From: Isurus oxyrinchus
Lineage: Eukaryota
NCBI GenBank assembly: GCA_026770705.1
Contig: JANJGN010000026.1
Coordinates: 28,272,001 to 28,336,000, forward strand
Length of the DNA stretch: 64,000 nucleotides
Reading direction: 5' to 3'
Shown here: piece by piece, positions 52,981 through 64,000 of the stretch
Numbering within the stretch: position 1 is the stretch's first letter
How the letters are laid out: every line of letters begins with the position of its first letter
Notes under the pieces: model-generated
The model's input: the letters and a program-made list of their open reading frames with translations, nothing else
Databases searched by the model: none
What the model was told of the DNA's origin: nothing
Program-made: the position numbers and the translations under genes

Positions 52981-53850
52981 AGGTGAACACCATTTGGACA
53001 GGTTTAGATCAAACAGACAAGAAAATTGGTTAGGATCGTTAGAGACTGCTGGGGGCAAGGCTGTTGATAAACTTAACCTTTCATTGCACATTCTTCTATG
53101 TACAGTACAAGGCTGAGCAGGAGGCTTCACATAGAACCATTTCTCAGCACACTTTGTCACATGATCTTACATCACTGATGAGGTAGAAAATTTACATATT
53201 TAATATTAACCCTTTACACTACACTAAGCCTTTAGTCAGCCCTCCTAACATCTCCTTCTTTGACTCCGTGTCAATTTTCTTTTTGGATGTCAGTTTATGG
53301 TTCACCTTGGGATATTCTCCGAAAGGTGAGATGTAAATGAAAGTTATTTTTCAATCAAACTGTGACAGACTGGGGAAACCAGGATTAAAATATTATCTGG
53401 GTAAATGCAGTTAGATCAAAGATCAGCCATGACCACAATGAGTGATAGAAAAGGCTCGAGTGGATAAATGGCCTTCTCCTGCTCCTAATAAACTTGGACT
53501 CAAACACCAGCTGATGAATGGAAAGTCTTGGGAGAACTGGGAAGAACAGAGTTCACCAGAAACCAGCACTGGAGCAGAGTTAGAGAATGAGCAAAGTCTT
53601 GGCAGAAACTACACAGGAACTAGAGCAGGTCATTCAGCCCTTCGAGCCTGCTCCGCCATTCAGATAGACTCTGGCTGATCAATTAGCTTGTCATCAAGAT
53701 TTATTTGATCTCTGTCCAGAATATTAAGCTCCAGCCCAGTTATCAGGGAAGTTAACATCAGCAGAAACCAACCCTAACTGTTAGAATGAACATTGTTCAG
53801 TCCTGGATGTGATTAACAGCAGCAACAACAGCAGAACCCAACCTGTGGAG

Positions 53851-55358
53851 TCACGTGTGAATTCTCTGGTGTCTCAGCAAGTTGGATAAATGAGCAAATC
53901 TCTTCCCACACACAGAGCAAGTGAATGGCATCTCCCCAGTGTGAACCTGCTGGTGCCTCAGAAGGTGGGATGACTGAGTGAATTCCTTCCCACACTCAGA
54001 GCAGGTGAAGTGTTTCTCCCCAGTGTGAATTTGCTGGTGTGTTCGCAGATACTTCTTGCTTTTAAAGCTCTTCTCACAATCAGAACATGTGAAAGGTCTC
54101 TGATCAGTGTGAACAAGTTGATGTTCAGTGAGCTGGGATGGCTGAGTGAATCTCTTGCCACATGTAGAGCAAGTGATCGGTCTCTCCCCAGTGTGAATTC
54201 GCTGGTGTATCAGAAGGTGAGGTGGATCAGTGAATCCCTTCCCACATAGAAAGCAAATAAATGGCCTCTGCCCAGTGTGAACGCGCTGGTGTCTAGACGG
54301 TGGGATGAACGGGTGAATCCCAATCCACACACAAAGCAGGTGAACGGCTTCTCACCCGTGTGAACTCGCTGGTGTGTCACTAGATCCTGTTTGCTTTTAA
54401 AGCTCTTCTTACAGTCAGAACATTGGAATGGTCTCTTATCAGAGTAAACTCGCTGGTGTGTCAGCAGTTGGGATAAAAGTCTGAATTGTCTCTCACACAG
54501 GGAGCAGGTGAACTACCTCTCCCCAGTGTGAGTGCGTTGATGGGCTTGTAAATCATTTTTACTTTTAAAACTCTTCTCACAGTGAGAACACTGAAAAGGT
54601 CTCTGATCAGAGTGAACAAGTTGGTGTGTCAGAAGGTGAGATGACTGAGTGAATCCCTTTCCACACACTGAGCAGGTGAAAGGCCTCACATCCATTTGAA
54701 CGCGATGGTGTCTCTGCAGGTTCTGCTTTTAAAGCTCTTCTCACAGTCAGAACATTGAAAACGTCTCTGCTCTGAATGAACCTGCTGGTGAATCAGGAGG
54801 TTTGATAAAGCATTACACCCCTTCCCACATTTGGGACAGGTGAATGGCCTCTCACCAGTATGAACACGCTGGTGTGTCTAGAGACTGGATGAGTAAGCAA
54901 ATCCCTTCCCGCACTCAGAGCAGATGAATGGCCTCTCTCCAGTGTGACTGCGTCGATGAATATCCAATTCAGATGAGTAATTGAATCCTTTCCCACAATC
55001 TCCACATTTCCACAGTTTCCCCATGGTCTGGGTATCCTCATGTCTCTCCAGGTTGAATGACAAGTTGAAGCCTTATTTACGCAGGAGACATGCTGTAAAT
55101 GGTGTGTTTTTTTCATGTTGTGTATCTGGTTAAAGCTCTTTCCACAGTCAGTGCACTGGAACATTCTCACTCAGGTATGTGTGTGTCTCAGTGCTTTTCC
55201 GGTTACACTGATGTTCGCAATCTTTTCCTGCAGACAGAACAAACAAATATTTCTCCTTCCACATTCAACGGCCGATGATATTCAGGCCCTGATTAATCGA
55301 GTGACTCAACCAGATCTCGATGTGATGTTTGGTTTGAGTTTTGCATTCTTCCAATACC
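53851..55358 (-). pseudogene. Tandem C2H2 zinc-finger pseudogene (ZNF-J)
   Basis: About 14 finger units spread over several frames (ORFs 53851-54330, 54513-54695, 54878-55063). Confidence 0.85.
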
Positions 55359-55620
55359 CTGTAAAATGTGATCACTAAAGTCAATTAAGTTGAAGATTGA
55401 AATTCAGAACAGACAATTCTATGGAACATTTCTTCCTATCTTGTCACCCCAAAGCTGTAAATTCCCGTCCCACACACTCTCCCTCCTCCCTGGGCTGAAA
55501 TCCAAACCCATCTCACCATCTGCAACATTTCTTTCCTCCACTCCCAGTTTTCTCCCTCCCTCTCCTCTGCCTGGGTTCAGTTCTTCAGCTCCTGTCTGCA
55601 GACTGACAATAAAATCAATG

Positions 55621-56918
55621 ACAAAAACAGAATTACCTGGAAAAACTCAGCAGGTCTGGCAGCATCGGCGGAGAAGAAAAGAGTTGACGTTTCGAGTCCT
55701 CATGACCCTTCGACAGAACTTGAGTTCGAGTCCAAGAAAGAGTTGAAATATAAGAGAGAGAGAGAGAAGTGGAGGGGGTTGGTGTGGTTGTAGGGACAAA
55801 CAAGCAGTGATAGAAGCAGATCATCAATAGATGTCAAAAACAACAGAACAAAAGAACACGTAGGTGTTAAATTGGTGATATTATCTAAACGAAAGTGCTA
55901 ATTAAGAATGGATGGTAGGGCACTCAAGGTATCGCTCTAGTGGGGGTGGGGAGAGCATAAAAGATTTAAAAATATTTAAAAATAATGGAAATAGGTGGGA
56001 AAAGAAAAATCTATATAATTTATTGGAAAAAAACAAAAGGAAGGGGGAAACAGAAAGGGGTGGGGATGGAAGAGGGAGCTCAAGACCTAAAGTTGTTGAA
56101 TTCAATATTCAGACCGGAAGGCAGTAAAGTGCCTAGTCGGAAGATGAGGTGTTGTTCTTCCAGTTTGTGTTGGGCTTCACTGGAACAATGCAGCAAGCCA
56201 AGGACAGACATTTGGGCAAGAGAGCAGGGTGGAGTGTTAAAATGGCAAGCAACAGGGAGGTTTGGGTCATTCTTGCAGACAGACCGCAGGTGTTCTGCAA
56301 AGCGGTCGCCCAGTTTACGTTTGGTCTCTCCAATGTAGAGGAGACCACATTGGGAGCAGCGAATGCAGTAGACTAAGTTGGGGGAAATGCAAGTGAAATG
56401 CTGCTTCACTTGAAAGGAGTGTTTGGGCCCTTGGACGGTGAGGAGAGAGGAAGTGAAGGGGCAGGTGTTGCATCTTTTGCGTGGGCATGGGGTGGCACTA
56501 TAGGAGGGGGTTGAGGAGTAGGGGGTGATGGAGGAGTGGACCAGGGTGTCCCAGAGGGAGCGATCCCTACAGAATGCCGATAGGCGGGGTGAAGGGAAGA
56601 TGTGTTTGGTGGTGGCGTCATGCTGGAGTTGGCGGAAATGGCGGAGGATGATCCTTTGAATGCGGAGGCTGGTGGGGTGATAAGTGAGGACAAGGGGGAC
56701 CCTATCATGTTTCTGGGAGGGAGGAGAAGGCGTGAGGGCGGATGCACTGGAGATGGGCCGGACACGGTTGAGGGGCCTGTCAACGACCGTGGGTGGAAAA
56801 CCTCGGTTAAGGAAGAAGGAGGACATGTCAGAGGAACTGTTTTTAAAGGTAGCATCATCGGAACAGATGCGACAGAGGTGAAGGAACTGAGAGAATGGGA
56901 TGGAGTCCTTACAGGAAG
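55621..56918 (-). mobile_element. Penelope-like element (Neptune type) 3' part with GIY-YIG and hammerhead (55682-55720)
   Basis: ORF 56080-56826 YIGETKRKLGDRFAEH...GLN; close to the 46-48 kb copy; no TSD seen. Confidence 0.92.
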
Positions 56919-57063
56919 CAACAATTCAAGGTCTGACTTAAGGAAATAACTAGGCAGACTACAAATGTCACTATTAGAATAATGAGAGTCCCTGGATTCA
57001 AGCCAAAACTTTCCAACAAGCACCAAGACATACCTCCCTGTCAGATCCTTCCTACACGCCAGG

Positions 57064-57095
57064 ACTTACCTGGCAGGGGAGAGACCTTGATCACG
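57064..57095 (+). ncRNA. RNU1: U1 snRNA 5' fragment (nt 3-34)
   Basis: ACTTACCTGGCAGGGGAGAGACCTTGATCACG; 30/32 match to vertebrate U1 as remembered, including the 5'-splice-site-pairing ACUUACCUG. Confidence 0.9.
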
Positions 57096-57122
57096 TTTCA
57101 GCCAGGGAAAGGTCATCAAGCA

Positions 57123-58660
57123 ATGGCTGTAACCAGTCGAACTCCTTACAATGGGGTACCTAACAACATCTGAGTCATGGTGAAGGGCAGCGAGGAAGGA
57201 ACAGTTATGGATGGGACTTTCTTGACCAAGAGGATCCTATTCAAGCTGTGTGGTTTTGAGGCTGTGGAGATCTACTGCCTACAGGACTTCCCCAGTGCTG
57301 GATTTTTTGATGTGACGTTCAAGCAAGTGGCAGCTTGCATCAAACTCCCGAAGGTGTTTGAGGAGACAAAGACCTGCCAGAAATGAAGATCCTGACGGCG
57401 GAGCCGGTCTTTGCTCTGCTATTGCAACGAGACCGGGTTGCAATGGTGCATCTGTACAACCCCTACATCCCTGTCGCTGACGTGCTCACCTTCCTTACCA
57501 GGTACTTTGATAAGGTTGGGAGCTGCACCGCGGTTAGAGATGATTTGGAGATCTGGACATGTAAACGCCAGGTTAAGGTCATGCTCAAGACCGACGATAA
57601 GGGAGCCATCTTCCACCCCCCTTCCAGATTCGCTACTGGGGGAAGTCGTGGCTACCTTGTCTATGCTGGGCAACCCAAATTTTGTCGCTCATGCGGCAAG
57701 TCTGGTCATGTGGCGGCCAACTGCAGTGCTGTCCTCTGCAAGAACTGCAAACAGGAAGGGCACCAGACAAAAGACTGTAAACAGGCTAAGTGCTGCAATC
57801 TGTGTGGCGAGGCAAGTCACCTCTACAAGACCTGCCCCAAATGTTGCCGTACTTATGCACAGGCAGCTAAAGGCAACGAGGGGGAAGCAGAAGAAATGCC
57901 TCATGTCACTCCAACCACCAAGGCCCCCAGGGAGAACAACGGGACAAAGGAGGACACAGAGAGAGATAAAGTGGAGGAAAAGATTGGCGCAACACACAGC
58001 CAATCAACAGCACTGCCCCCTGAACCTCCCACTCCTCAGGAGAGCGAATCTACGGAGGAGGAGGAGGCAGCAGTGGGAAAACAGCAGGGGGAATGGCAGC
58101 TGGTGAAGAGAGCCAAAAGGAAAAAGGGGCTAAGAAGAAACCAAGCCACTTCCCAGACAAGAGGCAAGAGGCGTCTCCTATCCGACACGGATAACAAGTG
58201 CAACAGCTCTTCAGACGAAGAAGGGCCAGGGCGGCGCCGACAGAAGAAGCGGCAAAATTCTAGGGAGTTGAAGGACGAGACACCCAAGCTCCAGAACATT
58301 GGAGACAATGAGGAGACCAGCGCACCCCAACTGTGCCCACAACCCGAAGAGGCCAGTGCACCACAGCCCCAGGAATCTGGGAGCAGTGAGGCGCTCAGCG
58401 CACCCCAGCTCCGGGAAGCCGGGAGCAGCAACGCCCCAGAGGGGGAGAGGATTGGAGAAGCTTCTCCAACAGAGGACATTTCAAACCCCACTCTCTGCAC
58501 GGACCCCCAGATGCCACCCGAGCAGAATATCGCCAATGGGGAGGTTCAGGACGGTTTCCTCAGCCCATCCAAAGTGAAGCAATTTGAGCACACTACGGGC
58601 ATGAAGGAGCAGACCAAAGGTCTGGAACTCTCAGAGACAACAGGTTTGGTAAGAGACTAA
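57123..58660 (+). pseudogene. Tx1 ORF1, ZCCHC3-like RRM-type region plus three CCHC knuckles and an acidic/basic tail
   Basis: FFDVTF, EIWT, RGYLVYAGQPKFCRSCGKSGHVAANC-CKNCKQEGHQTKDC-CNLCGEASHLYKTC; stop at 57171, frameshift near 57383. Confidence 0.88.
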
Positions 58661-58670
58661 ATGCTTTAAA

Positions 58671-61600
58671 ATGGCTTTAAAGATTGTATCCATAAATAAG
58701 CGTAGCATTAAATCTACTACGCGATGTGTTGCGACCTTGGACTACCTTGCCAAGGTCAAAGTTGACCTGTTGTTTCTGCAGGAGTGTGCGATACCACACC
58801 TCAGCTCCTACAGGCAATGGTCACGATGGTGGTCCCATGGGCCATCGATCTGGTCGGGAGGAAACGACTCTCGTTCCTCCGGCCTGGGGATTCTGCTGCG
58901 GGGAGGCAGCTTCACTGTCTCCCAGGTTAAGGAGGTGGTGGGCGGGTGCCTCCTCGTAGCAGACGTAATGTAAAAGAATGTTCTACTCGGTTAATTAATG
59001 TGTACGCCCCGTCACAAGGGGCTGAGCGGCTGGAGGTTTTTCAGCAGCTCCCACTGCTGCTGGCAACCTCCAGGCTGGTCATTCTGGGCAGTGACTTCAA
59101 CTGCATCATCGATGCAGCTGGACGATCAGGCAGGGCCGAAAGCAGATTGGACGCTACGTCCAGATCCCTGATGGAAACAGTAAAGGATGCCAAGCTGCAC
59201 GACGTCTTCAGCAACTCTGCAGACAGTGCGCAGCATAGATACGCCTGGTCGTGGCCTGACGGGTCCGTCTGTTCCAGGATAGATTTCCTGTTTGTGTCCC
59301 GTACATTATCAGTCAGATCCACCGACATCAAGCCGGTGTTCTTCTCTGACCACTGCCTCCTACTGGCTGACTGTCACTTAGAGGAAGACCAGAGGGTGGG
59401 TAGGGAGGCATGGAAGCTAAACGTGCAACTGCTGACCCCAGAGAACATTGAGGAGCTCAAGAGGGATTTCAAAGGTGGGAGAACCATGAAACCCGACTTT
59501 GAGTCACTGACACACTGGTGGGAAGTGATCAAGGGAAACATCAAGAGGTTTTTCATCCTCAAAGGCGCCCAGAAAGCTAGAAAGGAACAGAGGGAAATGT
59601 CCCGACTCCAGAAAAACATGCAGAATCTGCACCGGCTGCAGTCGATGGGGGTCGATGTCAAGGAGGAACTCCAAGAGGCGAAGAGCCAGCAAGCCTCGCT
59701 CTTTGCCTCAGAGGCCTCCAAGATCATCCTCCTTTCCAGAGTCTGCTCCGTGGAGCAGGATGAGACGTGCTCACGTTTCTTCTTCCAAAAGGTACACAGA
59801 GAGAGCTCTGTGATCAGCAGCCTGAAGGAAGAAGACGGCTCAGTAAAGTCATCACAGTCCGACATTTTGAGGATCAGCAAATCCTTTTATGCCGGATTGT
59901 ATGACATGAAGCCCACAGACATCCCCCAAGTCCTTCCTGTCCTCTATCACGGAGGTCTTAGACGACAGTACACGGGAGAGCCTGGACAAACCGCTAACTC
60001 CTGACGAACTGACTGAGGCCCTTGAGTCCTTTGAGAAGAGTAAAACTCCCGGAAGCGACAGCTTGCCGGCGGAGTTGTATTCGGCTCTGTGGGACAGGAT
60101 CGGCCCAGACCTGCTAGAAGTGTACAAGAGTATGCTCCTGGCTGGCAGTATGTCAGAATCCATGAGGAAAGGCATTATCACCCTCATCTACAAGCACAAG
60201 GGGGAAAGGGAGGAAATTAGAAATTGGCAACCCATTTCACTGTTGAATGTGGACTATAAGATTCTGTCCAAGGTCATCGCCAATCGGGTCAAATCCGCTC
60301 TGGAATTGGTGATCCACCCTGACCAGACCTGCACTGTGCCAGGCAGGAAGATCTCTGACAACCTCGCACTGCTCAGGGATACGATTGCCTATGTACAGGA
60401 CAGGGGGGTGGACACCTGCCTCATCAGCCTGGATCAGGAGAAGGCCTTTGACAGAATATCGCACACCTACATGGTGGATGTGCTCTCCAAAATGGGGTTT
60501 GGGGAGGGAATTCGCAATTGGATCCAACTGGTCTACACTAACATCAGTAGTGCAGTCTCAATCAATGGGTGGGAATCAGATAGCTTTCCGATTAAATCTG
60601 GAGTCAGGCAGGGCTGCCCTCTCTCACCTGTTCTTTTTGTGTGTTGCATAGAACACTTTGCTGAGTCCATCAGGAAGGATCCGGGCATAAGACGAGTGAT
60701 GATCCCAGGCAGTGGAGGCACTCAGATCAAAGTCTCCCTGTACATGGACGATGTCGCTGTCTTCTGCTCGGATCCCCTGTCGGTGCACAGACTGATCCAC
60801 ATCTGTGACCAGTTTGAACTGGCCTCAGGAGCCAAGGTAAATCGTGGGAAGAGTGAGGCTATGTTCTTTGGGAACTGGGCTGACCGATCCTTTGTCCCCT
60901 TCACTGTCAGGGCTGACGGGTGAACGTGCTGGGGATATGGTTCGGAGGGACCAGGGCACACGTTAGAAACTGGAAGGAGCGAGTGTCTATGGTGAAAAGG
61001 AAACTGGGCATGTGGGAGCGACGCTCCCTCTCCATTGCGGGTAAGAACCTGGTCATCAGGTGTGAGGTACTCTCGCTGTTGCTGTATGTGGCGCAGGTCT
61101 GGCCCATTCCACACTCCTGTGTGGTGGCGATCACCCGAGCCATCTTCCACTTTATCTGGAGGTCGAAAATGGATCGCGTCCACAGGGACATGATGTACAA
61201 GCCTCTAGATAAAAGGGGAGAAAACGTGCCCAACATCACCCTCATACTGATGGCCACATTTGTGTGTGGCTGCATCAAGCGGTGCTTAGACCCTCAGTAT
61301 GCAAACACCAAGTGTCACTACATGCTGAGGTTCTACCTGTCCCCAGTGTTGCGAAGGATGGGTCTGGCCACACTGCCGCGGAACGCTCCAAGTAGTTGGA
61401 CCGTGCCGTACCACCTGACCCTCATGGGAAAATTTATGCAGAGAAACACCTTTGACCACAAGTCCATCAGGCAGTGGTCAGCACGTAACGTCTGAAAGGC
61501 CCTGAGGGAAAAGGAGAGGGTGGACCCGGTGGGATGGTTCCCCAAGCAGACTGACAAAGTCATTTGGCAGAATGCCTCATCGCCAGAACTTTCCAACAAG

Positions 61601-62069
61601 CACCAAGACGTAGCTTGGCTGGTGGTGAGAAAGGCCCTCCCCGTCAGATCCTTCCTACATGCCAGGAGTCTCACCCCCGCGGCACGTTGCCCTCGAGGTG
61701 GCTGTGGTGGAGATGAGACCGTTGTTCACCTCCTTGTAGATTGTGCCTTTGCAAAGAAGGTCTGGAGAGAGATGCAGTGGTTTCTGTCAAGGTTCGTCCC
61801 GAGCAGTTCTGTGACACAGGACTCTGATCTACGGGCTGTTCCTAGGGACACACACCGAGACAAACATCAACTGCAGCTGGAAGATCATCAACTCGGTAAA
61901 AGACACTCTTTGGTCTGCCCGTAACTTGTTGGTCTTCCAGCGCAAAGAGTTGTCCCCGACCGAGTGTTGCAGACTGGCACACTCCAAGGTCCAGGACTAC
62001 GTGCTGAGGGCCACACTAAAGCTTGGGGCAGCCGCCGCAAAGGCGCAGTGGGGAAGGGTTCCTGCCTAA
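58671..62069 (+). pseudogene. Tx1 ORF2: APE endonuclease, reverse transcriptase, C-terminal zinc finger
   Basis: FLQE, NVYAP, SDFN, SRID, SDH; NWQPISLLNVDYKI, DQEKAFD, GVRQGCPLSP, YMDD; CPRGGCGGDETVVHLLVDC; several frameshifts. Confidence 0.92.
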
Positions 62070-62302
62070 GACCTTTCTGCCATAGTGCACCGAGGGGCTG
62101 GGAACTGTGAAGAACCCCTCAGGATGTACAGCTCAAAATGAATGTCTGCCAATGATTGTAATATTCATTGTTCGTACTGATACACCTTGTGATTCATGTT
62201 GTAAAAGTTGAACCTGATTGTATTTTTGTGATGGTGAATTTGAAATGGTTTGAAATGTTGTTGAAGATTTATGAATAAAGTATATTTTTACAAAAAAAAA
62301 AC

Positions 62303-62425
62303 TTCTCCCAGGACGAGGCTGTCTCATTGCACTTCGGGTCTGCTGATGCCTACGATGTCACCAAATGTGGGATACTCAACTGCAAAATTTGTGGTAGTGA
62401 TGGACTGCAATCGCACTCTCCCCTG
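62303..62425 (+). ncRNA. RNU1: U1 snRNA 3' part (nt 42-164), disrupted gene copy
   Basis: 123 nt ungapped against vertebrate U1 as remembered (about 80% by eye); U1A loop ATTGCAC 62326-62332; Sm site AATTTGTGG 62386-62394; ends CCCCTG. Confidence 0.92.
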
Positions 62426-62431
62426 ATTTAC

Positions 62432-62446
62432 AATTCAAAAAATAAA
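62432..62446 (+). terminator. Degenerate snRNA 3' box
   Basis: AATTCAAAAATAAAC resembles GTTTCAAAAGTAGAC and lies just downstream of the U1 end. Confidence 0.4.
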
Positions 62447-63699
62447 CTTTAACTTCTATTTTCAACAAGTTTCTTCATTATACCTTATCTAATACAAGCA
62501 ATATCGGCTATAAAATGCTATTTCCAAACCTAGACTCTTTGTTTTCCCTGCCGCAACTATCCAGCCCCCATTCTTTTTCTCCCTGCGATTGTCAACAGGC
62601 GATTATTCCATCTCTGCATCATTTTATCGCTGCCATTTCTTTTGTGGCCGCCAAATTCCACGCGTCATTTTTAACCCCGCATTTGCCCACTCCAATATTC
62701 TCTCTCAAATCCTCATATAATACCCAACCCATCATCAAAACAGTCCCTGCACTCCTTCCAGCACCACCCTCCACCTCTCAACCCACCCTGTATCTCTCTG
62801 GATTATGGTATAATATCAACAGTCAGCTATTCATTCATTTGCATTCACCATTTGAAACATGCAGCTGCGAACCTCACTATTTCAAACATGTACAAGCAAC
62901 CTGTCCCCATGTTCATTCTAATTACCCCCCTCCGAAATCAACAGCAGCCTCCCACCGCCCCTCCCCCCGTATAATCTCCCCCTTCAACAGCCCCGTCTGT
63001 GATTCCTACCTTCTCAAACTCCTGCCAGCCCTCTCCCCATGTGTAAAGTCTTTCCCTGCACCTTCTGCAGCTCACTTCCCCTGCTGTGGGTTTATCTCAT
63101 AAACAGGCTTTCCATTCACTTGCCATTATTTCTTCAAGACTTCAATAGCGCAAAGTGAAGAAATAAAGTGAGAAAGAAAGTTGGAGAGAGACAGAAAGAA
63201 ATCCAAACCCAGAACCTCCATAAAATGAATAGAAAATGACCTACGGGAATCCCGTTTCATGCTCAGGATGATCGCATAGCCTAAAACACACGCATTATCC
63301 CTGAATTATAACAAGACTTTAGACAGCTTCACATTAGGACTTTTCACTTTCTCTTGTGGGACTCCCATTCCTCACACACCGGAGGCTAACATGTATGTTT
63401 TAGATTGCAAGGCCGGGCTACTTTAACCCCAGGATTATCTTTTTGAAACTCCAGGACTGCAGCCCAACAGGAACTGATTAACCGGAGCCACTAAAAACCA
63501 GGGTCCCGGATAGGCAATTAAATCTCGGGGTAAGAAACAGACACAAACTCACGTGGGCCCGTGGGGCGCGGCCTTGGAGAAGGTCTCAGTCCGTCCCCTC
63601 TGGAGGAAGTTCTGGAAGAGGAAGAGTCCTTGTCCCAGTCTGGATCTTCACATTGCAGGTTTCAAAATAAAAATTCATTGAGAGTCATACAGTTACAGG

Positions 63700-64000
63700 G
63701 CACTAGGCCCTGTCTCAGTTATTACTGTATTAGATCCTGTTTTTGTTTATATTACATTAGATCTTGTCTCAATTATTACTGTAATAGATCATGTGTCTAA
63801 TGATATCTACCTATATCACACTAGGCCCTGTTCTAGATCAGCATCAAAAACTGGCCTTGTAAGTACATTTATAATACATGATACTCAGTCTACTGATTAT
63901 TGCACGGGACCTTACCCCTGTTTATAATACATTAGACCCGGTTTACTGATTACGGCACTGAACCCTGTCCTTGTTTATAATACATTAGACCTGGTTTACT
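63700..64000. repeat. Degenerate AT-rich minisatellite
   Basis: Recurrent tacattagac/atc..tgt..actgattac units; runs off the window end. Confidence 0.55.

Larger units (their letters stand above)
57096..62301 (+). mobile_element. Full-length Tx1-clade non-LTR retrotransposon (inactivated) inserted in U1 snRNA
   Basis: 27-nt 5'UTR, ORF1, ORF2, AATAAA 62274-62279, A10 at 62292-62301. Confidence 0.93.

Noticed and set aside
57064-62425. Functional U1 gene or active Tx1 copy
   Set aside because: U1 is split and lacks nt 35-41; both ORFs have stops and frameshifts
62515-63102. 195-aa ORF and octamer ATTTGCAT at 62837
   Set aside because: Low-complexity pyrimidine-rich sequence with no domain; a single octamer downstream of U1 is not evidence of a promoter
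63400-63660. First exon of another gene
   Set aside because: CpG-rich with an acidic frame and possible donor, but no ATG or identifiable homology within the window

Overview
Eukaryotic, repeat-rich DNA from a cartilaginous fish (shark-like; inferred from Deu-domain and HE1/HER1-type retroelements, abundant CR1/L2, and shark-type TCR V and C2H2 genes). Bases ~0.2-6.7 kb hold four T-cell-receptor alpha/delta-type V segments with 23-bp-spacer RSSs (two +, two -, converging; one intact, one open but atypical, two pseudogenes) and two convergent CTCF motifs; no D, J or C segment was found. Bases ~9.5-55.4 kb are a birth-and-death cluster of KRAB-less tandem C2H2 zinc-finger genes (one intact 11-finger ORF, one frameshift-truncated ORF, about eight pseudogenes/remnants) with CpG-island promoters, an inverted and a direct segmental duplication, a GalEa-like Ty1/copia remnant, and many Neptune-type Penelope-like elements carrying minimal hammerhead ribozymes. 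Most striking: a full-length Tx1-clade LINE (ZCCHC3-like ORF1; APE-RT ORF2) at 57.1-62.3 kb sits inside a U1 snRNA sequence. U1 nt 3-34 abut its 5' end and U1 nt 42-164 plus a 3'-box-like motif follow its poly(A). The junction architecture suggests a U1-targeting element transcribed from the U1 promoter. All family assignments were made by eye from remembered motifs; no searches were run, and repeat boundaries are approximate.
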